NCBI GenBank assembly: GCA_023411645.1
Contig: JAEYON010000104.1
Span: 1-33,453 of the forward strand
Source: Bacillota bacterium
GTDB lineage: Bacteria; Bacillota; Clostridia; Acetivibrionales; DTU013
DNA length: 33,453 nucleotides
Reading direction: 5' to 3'
The translations under genes were made by a program, and so were the position numbers. Numbering within the stretch: the first letter of the stretch is position 1; every line of letters starts with the position of its first letter. The notes below the pieces were generated by a model. It worked only from the letters and a program-made list of their open reading frames with translations, had not been told where the DNA came from and made no database searches. Positions 17,973 through 26,797 of the stretch are shown one piece after another.

Positions 17973-19594
17973 TGACTTGCCTTCTTCATATCAAAATATT
18001 CCTGCCATAGCTTCGTATACTCACTTACTTTTAGCTGCTCACATGTTTTCAGGTGATTCTGCCATCCGGCTTCATCTATGCCGTCTACTATTGATGTCGC
18101 CATAAACTTCCTCATGTAATTGTTTATGTCAACAAAAAGGAGATTCCTTTGATTCATACGCTCAGGGTTTTCCACACCATTTGGCATAACAGTTACAGAG
18201 TATGGCAGACAAAGAGCGATACCGGCGAGCTTTTTCTGATTTCTTGCATCGGGAATTTCTATGCTGGAATACTTCGACCATTGATACATCGGGCTGCGAT
18301 CCCCACCGGCTACAGTAAATTTCATATAAGCAAGGCTGGCACCTTCAGTTACATATTCAGTAGTTTGTTCCCATTTATCACCGGAACGTTTCCATGCTCC
18401 GCCGAATTCAGGGCCATACATCCATGACATAGCTATCTCCAGAGATGAAATGTTATAATCATAATATCTTACAAGCACCTCAGGATCTTTACAATTTTTC
18501 GTAATTGCAAAACCTTCCATTTGCCCAAGCGGTTCGCGATTTATTGACCATAATTGCGTTCCATCGGGACCTTTCAAAGGCTCTAAAATCTCATACTCGG
18601 CAAACCTGGGATCAATCGAATCAGGACTCCAGAGCAAAATGGATCCGATAATCATATCCTTGTTCTGTCCCTTGGCATTAACCTGAGCAGCATCATGTGT
18701 AAATATCTCATTGTCCAAAAGCCCTTCCGCATACAGAGAATGCAGCCATTTCAACGCCTCAAAGTATCCTGGCTGTATTCCGGTGAAAAGAACTGTTTCT
18801 CCATCCAGAGAAAACACATGATCGTCGTTCTCTACAACACCAAAAGATCCGAACATCGGGTATATTGTAGATTCAGCAGTATGTGTGCCCGCAAGGAATG
18901 GGATTTCGTCGGCAATGCCGTTTCCGTTGGGATCTCCATTTTTAAAAGCTCTCAGCACATCCACAAATTCATCTGTGGTTTTGGGCATTGAAAGCCCCAG
19001 TTTGGATACCCATTCCGGGTTCATCCATAAAGAATGCCCTATTTGCTTAGCCGGACTGTCCTTACCGGTAGGTAAGCTGTAAATATCTCCATCCTCCGCG
19101 GTAATCGCCATTTTTATCTTTTTGTCAGTTGTAAGCATTTCTTTTATGTTAGGTGCATACTTTTCAATGAGCTTTGATAACGGTGTAAAAAGCTCAATAT
19201 TTGACATTGTGTCTACTCCGCTCACACTGCTGAAAGCATCTGGAAGGTTCCCTGAAGCGATCATGATGTTAACCTGCTCATCCCAACCGGCTGAAGGAAT
19301 ATCCATCCACTCAATGTGGATGTTAGTAGCCTCTTCGGCCATTTTCGAAGCTTCCTTATCTGCAAACCCGTTCTCACTTTTCGGGTCTTTTTCGACTGCG
19401 ATTACGTATGTCTTCTTTTCTTTTAAAATCGGCAGGCCTTCTTCGTTCATATTGCTTTCTGCTTTATCATTGACGTTTGTTGAACTGTTTTCAGTGGAAA
19501 CAGAAGAATCCTGTTTTGTACCTGATTTATCTGATGCGCATCCAGAGAAAAGAACAAGTACGATAGTCATAACAATACAAATTAGTCTTTTCAT
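17969..19594 (-). CDS. Extracellular solute-binding lipoprotein of a carbohydrate ABC transporter (large LplA-type, about 540 aa).
   Basis: It has a signal peptide and lipobox (LVLFSGC) and matches SBP family 1. A GGAGG RBS lies 9 nt upstream. Confidence 0.85.
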   Translation of the reverse strand: MKRLICIVMTIVLVLFSGCASDKSGTKQDSSVSTENSSTNVNDKAESNMNEEGLPILKEKKTYVIAVEKDPKSENGFADKEASKMAEEATNIHIEWMDIPSAGWDEQVNIMIASGNLPDAFSSVSGVDTMSNIELFTPLSKLIEKYAPNIKEMLTTDKKIKMAITAEDGDIYSLPTGKDSPAKQIGHSLWMNPEWVSKLGLSMPKTTDEFVDVLRAFKNGDPNGNGIADEIPFLAGTHTAESTIYPMFGSFGVVENDDHVFSLDGETVLFTGIQPGYFEALKWLHSLYAEGLLDNEIFTHDAAQVNAKGQNKDMIIGSILLWSPDSIDPRFAEYEILEPLKGPDGTQLWSINREPLGQMEGFAITKNCKDPEVLVRYYDYNISSLEIAMSWMYGPEFGGAWKRSGDKWEQTTEYVTEGASLAYMKFTVAGGDRSPMYQWSKYSSIEIPDARNQKKLAGIALCLPYSVTVMPNGVENPERMNQRNLLFVDINNYMRKFMATSIVDGIDEAGWQNHLKTCEQLKVSEYTKLWQEYFDMKKASQ

Positions 19595-19848
19595 TTTTTA
19601 CTTACCTCCAAAAAGTCTATTAAATCTCAAATTGTGCTTATACTCTTCATCCCGTAGGTTCCCATAAAATGCTAAGTTTTTCTTTTCTGAATTCCTTACT
19701 TCATCTTTTGAATATCTGTGTCTTATAATATTACCGACATACACATTATTTCTTTAAGATACTTCTATATGCATACCCCCTCAGTTTTATATGGGCCTAT
19801 CTGATTTTTGACACCTCCCCTCAAATTACGCCGTTTGAAATGCTTTGC

Positions 19849-20754
19849 TTATCCCTTTATACTCCCGACCATTACACCCTTAATGAAGAATTTCTGTAAA
19901 AACGGATACAGTAATAACAAAGGAACTGATGCGACAATTATCACTCCATATTTAATAGTCTCCGCAAGTCTTTGCATCTGAACGAGCTCCTCAGAACTTA
20001 CTCCATCAGTCACTATCATCTGGGACGAAATAAGGATTTCACGCAGGACAAGCTGCAGAGGATAAAGCTTCTGATTATTTAAATAAATAAGGGCATTGAA
20101 GTACGAGTTCCATTGGTTTACCGAGTAGAAAAGAACAAGAACAGAAACTATCTCCTTAGAAAGCGGAAGGACAATGCTAAAAAAGAATCTGCCAGTTCCG
20201 CACCCATCTATTCTAGCCGCTTCAAGAAGTTCACCAGGAATCTTTGACATAAAAAAGGTAGATGTAATAATTAAATTATAAACCACAAACGAGCCAAGCA
20301 GGACTAAAACAAAAGGTGTGTTAATAAGCCCAAGGTTTTTAACCACCATATAGGTCGGAATAAGTCCTCCGTTAAAATACATAGTAAAGACCAGTGATTT
20401 CATAAAAAAATTGCGGCCCGGAAGATCCCTACGCGACAAAGCATATCCTCCCAGAACAGTTAGAATAACACCCAATATTGTACTTCCAGTGGTGTAAAAT
20501 ATCGTATTTGCATACCCCGACCAGATTCTTGAATCCCGCATAATTTGTTGATATGCGGTGAGCTTTGGGTTAACAGGAAGAAGCAGTACTTTTCCGGAAT
20601 TTATAGCAGAAGGATCGCTTAATGATGCCATAAACACGAAATAAATTGGATATACAGTAATTATTGTCGCAAGAATAGCAAGGAAATTCATCATAAAATC
20701 AAAGTACCTGTCCCCAGCTGTCTGTCGTATCTTCCATGATCTTTTGCGAAGCAT
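19849..20754 (-). CDS. Carbohydrate ABC transporter permease (LplC/MalG-like).
   Basis: It is a six-TM protein with an EAA-like loop (LEAARIDGCG). The start is moved to the ATG with a GGAGG RBS, the seventh codon of the track ORF. Confidence 0.85.
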   Translation of the reverse strand: MLRKRSWKIRQTAGDRYFDFMMNFLAILATIITVYPIYFVFMASLSDPSAINSGKVLLLPVNPKLTAYQQIMRDSRIWSGYANTIFYTTGSTILGVILTVLGGYALSRRDLPGRNFFMKSLVFTMYFNGGLIPTYMVVKNLGLINTPFVLVLLGSFVVYNLIITSTFFMSKIPGELLEAARIDGCGTGRFFFSIVLPLSKEIVSVLVLFYSVNQWNSYFNALIYLNNQKLYPLQLVLREILISSQMIVTDGVSSEELVQMQRLAETIKYGVIIVASVPLLLLYPFLQKFFIKGVMVGSIKG

Positions 20755-20765
20755 CTTATTCCTCC

Positions 20766-21728
20766 TCACCATAAGCTTTTTCCCGACAACGTCCTGGAGA
20801 CCTTATTCACAGTGACCAAAAGAGTCAGGTTTATTATGTTATTGAACAGACCAATTGCAGTAGCATAACTATACTGGGCATTTCGGATGCCCGCCTTGTA
20901 AACGTATGTGGCAATAATTTCACTACGCCCGAGGTTTAGATCGTTTTGCAGCAGGTACGATTTCTCAAACCCGATGCTCATAACATTGCCAACATTCATA
21001 ATCAACAGGATAATAATCGTCGGCATAATCGCAGGCAAGTCAATATGCCATATACGTTTTAGTTTACTGGCTCCGTCGACAACAGCAGCCTCATGTAGTT
21101 CACCGCTTACACTTGTTAATGCTGCAATATAAATAACAGCCTGATATCCCGTTCTCTGCCAGATAGAAGACCAGACATAAATAGATTGGTAGAGATTTTC
21201 TTTCCCAAGCAAAGCGGCGGGCTTGAGACCAAAAAGAGCACCGATTTGATTGAATAGCCCGTTAGGACTGCAGAAAATAATCAGCATCCCTGCAGTAACA
21301 ACTACCGAAATAAGACGCGGGGCATACGTAGCTGTCTGCGCAATCTTTTTAAGCGCGGGAAACGTCGTATAATTCAGTATCAGTGCCAAAATTATTGGGA
21401 AAGGAAAGCTTGCAACAATTAAATAGAAGCTAAGCGTAATTGTGTTGCTAAGTAGAGCACCAAACTGATATGACTCAAAAAAACGCTGAAAATGAGTTAA
21501 TCCTACCCATTCACTATTCCAAATTCCAAGAGCAGGCTTAAATTCTTTAAATCCAATAATGATTCCGTACATCGGTGCATAATTGAATATTATTACATAA
21601 AGCAAGCAGGGTAAAAGGAATAGATACAGTACCCAATTCCTTTTGATGATTTCAATCATCTTCTTAAAAGATTTGTGTTGGCGTTTTTCTTTGATTCCTC
21701 GATTTCTGATCTCATAGCTGAAACTCAT
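20766..21728 (-). CDS. Carbohydrate ABC transporter permease (LplB/MalF-like).
   Basis: It is a multi-TM protein with an EAA motif (HEAAVVDGASKLKRIWHIDLP). The RBS is GAGGTGAG. Confidence 0.85.
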   Translation of the reverse strand: MSFSYEIRNRGIKEKRQHKSFKKMIEIIKRNWVLYLFLLPCLLYVIIFNYAPMYGIIIGFKEFKPALGIWNSEWVGLTHFQRFFESYQFGALLSNTITLSFYLIVASFPFPIILALILNYTTFPALKKIAQTATYAPRLISVVVTAGMLIIFCSPNGLFNQIGALFGLKPAALLGKENLYQSIYVWSSIWQRTGYQAVIYIAALTSVSGELHEAAVVDGASKLKRIWHIDLPAIMPTIIILLIMNVGNVMSIGFEKSYLLQNDLNLGRSEIIATYVYKAGIRNAQYSYATAIGLFNNIINLTLLVTVNKVSRTLSGKSLW

Positions 21729-21885
21729 TAACTCACCTCATATAAACACTTGTTACTTGCTATTTTATCTACACAAAATTAGCAATTCCATAAGCATTTT
21801 ATATAGTGAATTATCATTAATTGAAAACCGCCAATATATTATTATCTGTTGAATTGTTTTTGCATTTATTGAAGAGGAAAATGCG

Positions 21886-22260
21886 TCAGCGCAAAGCAAC
21901 CAGTACGCAGGCCAGAACATACGTCAGTCCTTTGGATGTCGCAAATTCGAGGAGTTCATCATCATAGGTCCCAGGCTGGAACCAGATGTTTTTAATGCCA
22001 AGTTGAGCGGCTTCCTCCAGAATTGGCCTGCCTCTCTTTGGCGAAACGACCATGTCAATTACCTCCGGCTTTTCGGGGATAGAACTCAAATCCTTGTAGC
22101 AAGGGATTCCTTCCAGTGTCTCATATTTAGGATTGACAGGATATACCTTATAACCACGTGAAATCAGTTTGCGTAGAATCCTGTTTCCGAATTTTTCGGG
22201 GTCTTCATTGGCGCCGACAACTGCCCAGCACTTTTTCCCCAACATTTGCTCCTCAATCAT
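21886..22260 (-). CDS. CoA-binding domain protein (YccU-like).
   Basis: It has the motif CWAVVGANEDPEKFGNRILRKLISRGYKVYPVNP. The true start ATG at 22258-22260 has a GGAAGGAG RBS. The track start at 22320 is a GTG that overlaps yigZ. Confidence 0.7.
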   Translation of the reverse strand: MIEEQMLGKKCWAVVGANEDPEKFGNRILRKLISRGYKVYPVNPKYETLEGIPCYKDLSSIPEKPEVIDMVVSPKRGRPILEEAAQLGIKNIWFQPGTYDDELLEFATSKGLTYVLACVLVALR

Positions 22261-22264
22261 GCGA

Positions 22265-22897
22265 TCACACTCCTTCCATAATGTACGTCTTATTACCCGC
22301 GTCAACCGATGCCTGTGCACTTGTTGCCTCAGTGATCAACGCGGCAAATTCGTCAAACTCATCGATAGGTATATATACAATCAACTCGACATCCTGAGCA
22401 TACACCGTATCCTTGATCCTGTATCCTCTAGATGCGGCCAGTGCCTGCACCTTTCCAAACAGCGAGTAATCCATCACTATGCGTGCTTCAACACACAGCT
22501 TCCTTCTGACAATCCCGGCGGCTTCGATCCCAAGAGAAGCGCTTTTCCCGTACGCTCTGACCAACCCGGAGGCTCCAAGCAGTGTCCCTCCAAAATAGCG
22601 GGTGACGACAACAGCGACATCCTGTACGCCAAGCTTCTTCATTGCCTCCAGCACAGGCATGCCGGCTGTTCCCGAAGGTTCGCCGTCATCGCTGAACTTT
22701 TGCAATTCCTGATTACCACATATATAGTATGCGTAAACATTGTGTGATGCATTCCAATATCGGGTTTTCAGGCCATTTATAAAATCATACGCCTCTTCTT
22801 CCGAAGTCACAGGCTTTACAGTTGCAATGAACCTGGACTTTTTCTCTTCCAGCTCTGCGGCAGCTTCTCCCGAGACCGTCAAATATTCCTTGCGCAT
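22265..22897 (-). CDS. yigZ: YigZ / IMPACT family protein (UPF0029).
   Basis: It has the motifs SRFIATVKPVTSEEEA...HNVYAYY...DDGEPSGTAG...TRYFGGTLLG. Confidence 0.85.
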   Translation of the reverse strand: MRKEYLTVSGEAAAELEEKKSRFIATVKPVTSEEEAYDFINGLKTRYWNASHNVYAYYICGNQELQKFSDDGEPSGTAGMPVLEAMKKLGVQDVAVVVTRYFGGTLLGASGLVRAYGKSASLGIEAAGIVRRKLCVEARIVMDYSLFGKVQALAASRGYRIKDTVYAQDVELIVYIPIDEFDEFAALITEATSAQASVDAGNKTYIMEGV

Positions 22898-22911
22898 AAA
22901 TACCTCTTGAT

Positions 22912-22951
22912 AAAATAAATGATAACAGCAACTCCTGTTATCATTTATTTT
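22912..22951. promoter_or_regulatory. Perfect 17-bp inverted repeat immediately upstream of the yigZ RBS (AAAATAAATGATAACAG-caactc-CTGTTATCATTTATTTT).
   Basis: The arms are at 22912-22928 and 22935-22951 with a 6-nt loop. It sits between the NUDIX stop (23000) and the yigZ start (22897), so it could be an operator, an attenuator or a NUDIX terminator hairpin. No U-run follows it on the minus strand. Confidence 0.4.
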
Positions 22952-22999
22952 ACAATAATTTATTAATAATTTCGATACTGCTGTTCCCCTTAATATATC

Positions 23000-23425
23000 C
23001 TAAACGGCTACCGAAGTAATTTCCTTATACATTCTGTATGACAAATTCAAAAGAGCCTTATCCTGGCTATATGTAACCAGTTTCATGGCCTCCTCAACTT
23101 CAAAATACCCCGCATCAATAAATTTGTCCTGATCATTAATTTTGTAATAAAGATTGTTCGACTTCATAATGTACCAAATAATTTTATTACAGACCGGTTT
23201 CTGACGTGTTACGGAAAAGAACTCATAGTTGGTATGCCCTGCTGTAGAAATGATTTCTGACGCTATGTCGCCTTCTTCTTTGACTCTTCTGAGTGCTACT
23301 TCGTTGGGCAATTCACCGCTTCTGACCACACCCTTTGGAAAAACCCATTCATCCTTCTCATTTCTCAGGATAAATACCTTGCTCCCGCAGAAGACAATGC
23401 CCCCTGCGCAGTTTCTCACTAACAT
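23000..23425 (-). CDS. NUDIX hydrolase.
   Basis: The Nudix box region is GGIVF...FPKGVVRSGELPNEVALRRVKEEGDI (GX5EX7REUXEEXGU-like). The ATG at 23425 has an AAAGGAAGGGA RBS. The track start at 23446 is a GTG. Confidence 0.75.
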   Translation of the reverse strand: MLVRNCAGGIVFCGSKVFILRNEKDEWVFPKGVVRSGELPNEVALRRVKEEGDIASEIISTAGHTNYEFFSVTRQKPVCNKIIWYIMKSNNLYYKINDQDKFIDAGYFEVEEAMKLVTYSQDKALLNLSYRMYKEITSVAV

Positions 23426-23656
23426 ATAAAGGTCCCTTCCTTTCACCCGGACGTTTCAAAAAAGTATGAAACGCTGCCGTTATTTTAATATTATGATACT
23501 GTATACTTAAATTTTATTCAACTTTCATAAATGTTCAAAAGATATTTTCTCTACAGTTTATTAACATTATCATAACAAAAGGAAGGTTTCTCGTTCTATT
23601 CCTGTCAAAACCCTTTTTCATCCAATTATGCTAATGTTTTATTGTCCTTCATTCGT

Positions 23657-24937
23657 TCAGAAATTCTGGGGTACATAATCCGGAAGCTTTTTATCGACAA
23701 ATCTGATGTCCAGCCGTGCAAACCGCTGCAGTCCATTATAAAGTTCGATATCCGGCCATCCCCCCTGGATAAGCGGACGTGCGTATTCCAGGAATCCGTC
23801 CGTCACATCTATTCCATTGGCAGCAATCCATTCCTTTGGCATGAACCTTACGGAGTTTGCCACTACATCCAGCTTTACCTTGTCATACAGCACATTATAA
23901 TCACTGCCGGGAGCCCTGAGTATGGTAGCCATCCAGCCCGTGCCGTCTTCAATTGCGATTTTAACCGCCTTGCTCCCAACCTCGTAAGCCTCATCCAGAT
24001 CTACCGGAGACGCATGAATCGATGCAGAACGCTGCAGCACACCTGGCAGTTGTCCTGTAACCTGTCCTCTGGCTTTTATCCCGTTCTCATTTAAATAGTT
24101 GACGACCACCTGAGATACAGAAGTCCTGCTTGCACCATATTCAATATGACCGAAGGCATCGCGGGCTTCACCGAGGTTTCCAACGTCAAAGCCTTCGTTG
24201 ACTACCACCATACAGCGTCCCGAACGTATTAACTCTCTGTTTACGTTCTCTGCAAGAGTCTCAAGGTTATGTCCCGATTCCGCCATATAAAGCTGCAGAG
24301 GCATTTCTCTATACGGATCAGCTAATCTGGCCGCGGCCGTAATATAACCGGATTTCCTGCCCATTGCCTGTAATACGGAAACCGCTTCCGAACCACACAT
24401 CCCCCTGTTCTCTTCATTGACATTCTGTATCATGTGCGCCCAATACCTTGCGGCGCTGCCATAACCGGGCGTATGATCTATAATTGTAAATTTATCATCT
24501 CCAAGATCATTGTCGATTGTTTTAGGCACTCCGGCTACAACCAGCTCAAGTCCTTTTTCCTTAGCCAGCCTTGAAACCTTGTCTGCAGTATCCATAGAGT
24601 CATTTCCGCCGATATAGAAAAAGTATCCAATATTATGTTCTCTTATCACATCAAGTATCCTGTTAAAGTCCTGCGACTGATGCGCACCCAGCTTATATCT
24701 ACATGTGCCGACCGCTCCCGCCGCAGGAGTCCTGCGCAGCCGTCCAAGCTCTTCGGCCGGCTGTTTTCCCATGTCTATAAGTTCTTCAAGCAGCACCCCT
24801 TCAATCCCATGCCAGCCGGCATAGACATTTCCAATATGATCCGGAAATGAAAAGCAGGCTTCTATCACTCCCTGCAATGAAGCATTTATTACCGGTGAAG
24901 GTCCGCCCGATTGAGCAACCAGTGCGTTTTTTTTCAT
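23657..24937 (-). CDS. pfp: 6-phosphofructokinase, probably pyrophosphate-dependent (PFP).
   Basis: PFK family motifs are present (GGPSPVINA, IGGNDS, PKTIDNDL). The Lys in PKTIDND in place of the Gly of ATP-PFKs (PGTIDND) is the established PPi-PFK signature. There is a GGGAGG RBS. Confidence 0.85.
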   Translation of the reverse strand: MKKNALVAQSGGPSPVINASLQGVIEACFSFPDHIGNVYAGWHGIEGVLLEELIDMGKQPAEELGRLRRTPAAGAVGTCRYKLGAHQSQDFNRILDVIREHNIGYFFYIGGNDSMDTADKVSRLAKEKGLELVVAGVPKTIDNDLGDDKFTIIDHTPGYGSAARYWAHMIQNVNEENRGMCGSEAVSVLQAMGRKSGYITAAARLADPYREMPLQLYMAESGHNLETLAENVNRELIRSGRCMVVVNEGFDVGNLGEARDAFGHIEYGASRTSVSQVVVNYLNENGIKARGQVTGQLPGVLQRSASIHASPVDLDEAYEVGSKAVKIAIEDGTGWMATILRAPGSDYNVLYDKVKLDVVANSVRFMPKEWIAANGIDVTDGFLEYARPLIQGGWPDIELYNGLQRFARLDIRFVDKKLPDYVPQNF

Positions 24938-25159
24938 ATGCTGCCTCCCGAAGTAGTAAAAATTAATGAGTTCATTATATCATGATTTATCATAATTAGA
25001 TGATTTTTATCACCGATTTAGCTTATCTCATTAACTTCATGGATGCTCCTGCCTTCATCTTCAGATAAACTTTTAGCAGAAAATGCCGATATAAATAGGT
25101 ACAGCTAAATAAACAATTAAACGCTAAGCGCGATTGTATCAGTAAAAGAGGTGTCTGCC

Positions 25160-26086
25160 ATGGAAGGCATAGTACTCGTAATGGATTATTCAGCATATGA
25201 ACGGCAAAAAATCCGCCATATCATAGAAAAAGCAGGCCGCTTTGACATCATCGAGGTTGGAGATATAAAGCAATTCAAGCTTTTGGACCCAAACATCGAA
25301 GATTTGAAGCTAATTGTTATGGATTTGGCATTTCCCGGTGAAGCGGATGGTTTTGATGCGCTTAGCAGAATTAGATCTTCCAATGGCAGAAATGTCCCCA
25401 TTATCGTCATGTCCCAGTCCGGAAGGCCGGAGCTTAAGCAGGAAGCTTTGAAATATTCCGTAAACGACTATATAGTTAAGCCCTATCAGGTGAAAAGGCT
25501 TGAAAATTCCATCGGAAGCTTCCTTCCAACTGAAAATGAATTTTTCTATGATACGGGAAAAATAAGCGACATCAACATGTCGTTCGACAGTTATATACAG
25601 CGGGAAATTAAGTTTTCCAACCGCAGCGGCGCTCCGTTATCAATAATACTGATTACAACGCTTCAACTGAGTGCTAAAGCAGAGAGCAGTCAGAGTGTTC
25701 ACGACGATTATAGAACATCAATTTTTACAATGGCAGCCAGGAATGCACGAGATGCCCTTCGGGCAACAGATACAATCGTATTGAACCAAAATAGAGATAT
25801 ACTCATCGTACTCCCCTGTACCGACGAAGCCGGCGCCCGTATGGTGTCTGAAAAAATAAAGAAAAGCATGGATATGGAATTCAGAAAAATGAATATTGAT
25901 CGAAATGAATACATTTATCCCGTATATGTAACCTTCCCTACAGATGGAAGCAGTTTTCAAATGCTAATGCAAAAAGCATTTAAACGTGTATCGGACAAGG
26001 AAATGCTGGAGAAAATCGTCTCAATCCCGACAGATACAAGAAGATATGCCGACAAAAGCTATAACAGGTACCGAAGATGGTGGTAG
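25160..26086 (+). CDS. Response regulator: a receiver domain fused to a degenerate GGDEF-like domain.
   Basis: The REC domain (VLVMDYS...LIVMDLAFPGEADGF...KPY) is followed by a GGDEF-like region (RATDTIVLNQNRDILIVLPCTDEAGARMVSEKIKK) in which the GG(D/E)EF motif is replaced by NQNRD. The start is at Met4 with an AAAGAGGTG RBS. Confidence 0.7.
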   Translation: MEGIVLVMDYSAYERQKIRHIIEKAGRFDIIEVGDIKQFKLLDPNIEDLKLIVMDLAFPGEADGFDALSRIRSSNGRNVPIIVMSQSGRPELKQEALKYSVNDYIVKPYQVKRLENSIGSFLPTENEFFYDTGKISDINMSFDSYIQREIKFSNRSGAPLSIILITTLQLSAKAESSQSVHDDYRTSIFTMAARNARDALRATDTIVLNQNRDILIVLPCTDEAGARMVSEKIKKSMDMEFRKMNIDRNEYIYPVYVTFPTDGSSFQMLMQKAFKRVSDKEMLEKIVSIPTDTRRYADKSYNRYRRWW

Positions 26087-26124
26087 TTAAACGGTAGTAA
26101 CAGTAGCTCAAACAGCCTGTTCCT

Positions 26125-26781
26125 TCACCTCCGGCCTGTATGCCCAAAGCCGCCGCCTCTGTCCTCACCTATTTCACGCGGATTAGGATGGGGAATGAAG
26201 TTGGCTCTCTTATACTCGCAAAAGACCATTTGGGCAATTCTTTCACCTTTTTTTATGTATATTGTGCCATAGGGATTGCCCAGGTTGTCGATATATACCT
26301 TTTGCTCCAGAATCTGAAGCGGGCTTTGCCCGTGACCAGCCCCGGACGCATGGGCGAGCAGCGGGCTTTGCCCGTGACCAGCCCCGGAGAGATACTCAGA
26401 CAGGCTGATTTCTTTATAGCTTTCGCTCAGTTCCTCCAAAATCTGTGGCCTTTGGAGGATCTGCCAGGGCAGGTTGGCAATATTATATGTGTTCTGCATC
26501 AGAACTCCTACCGTATCACGATAGTCACTGTCAATGGTGCCCGGTCCATTTGGAATGCGAAGCTCTGTCTTGAGCGACAGGCCGCTTCTTGGTCTGATTT
26601 GCGCTTCAAACTCTGCGCCTATTGCCATATTGAAATCCAGTGGCATGATTTTAGTCTCACCGGGTCTGATCGCCATATCCACCGTAGCATACAGATCACA
26701 GCCAGCAGAGCGACTGGAAGCATATTGCGGGATTTTACCCTCACCTTCAACCTTAATGTAAACATCAATTGTATTCCTCAT
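26125..26781 (-). CDS. dut: dUTP diphosphatase (trimeric Dut family) with an insertion of about 80 aa between conserved motifs.
   Basis: Motifs I-III are AGCDLYA, RPRSGL and GTIDSDYRD. The C-terminal motif V is RGGGFGHTG. The start ATG at 26779-26781 has an AAGGAGG RBS. The track ORF is over-extended to 26883. Confidence 0.8.
   Translation of the reverse strand: MRNTIDVYIKVEGEGKIPQYASSRSAGCDLYATVDMAIRPGETKIMPLDFNMAIGAEFEAQIRPRSGLSLKTELRIPNGPGTIDSDYRDTVGVLMQNTYNIANLPWQILQRPQILEELSESYKEISLSEYLSGAGHGQSPLLAHASGAGHGQSPLQILEQKVYIDNLGNPYGTIYIKKGERIAQMVFCEYKRANFIPHPNPREIGEDRGGGFGHTGRR
26319..26388. repeat. In-frame tandem duplication with a 42-nt period inside the dut insertion.
   Basis: A 28-nt block GCGGGCTTTGCCCGTGACCAGCCCCGGA occurs twice, at 26319-26346 and 26361-26388. 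It encodes SGAGHGQSPL twice. Confidence 0.8.
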
Positions 26782-26797
26782 CTGCGCTGTTTCCTCC

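Noticed and set aside
19122-19667. 181-aa plus-strand ORF antisense to the SBP gene.
   Set aside because: The SBP homology on the minus strand is unambiguous. The antisense frame is hydrophobic and low-complexity.
22169-22747. 192-aa plus-strand ORF antisense to yigZ and the CoA-binding gene.
   Set aside because: The minus-strand genes have clear family motifs and RBSs. The antisense frame has neither.
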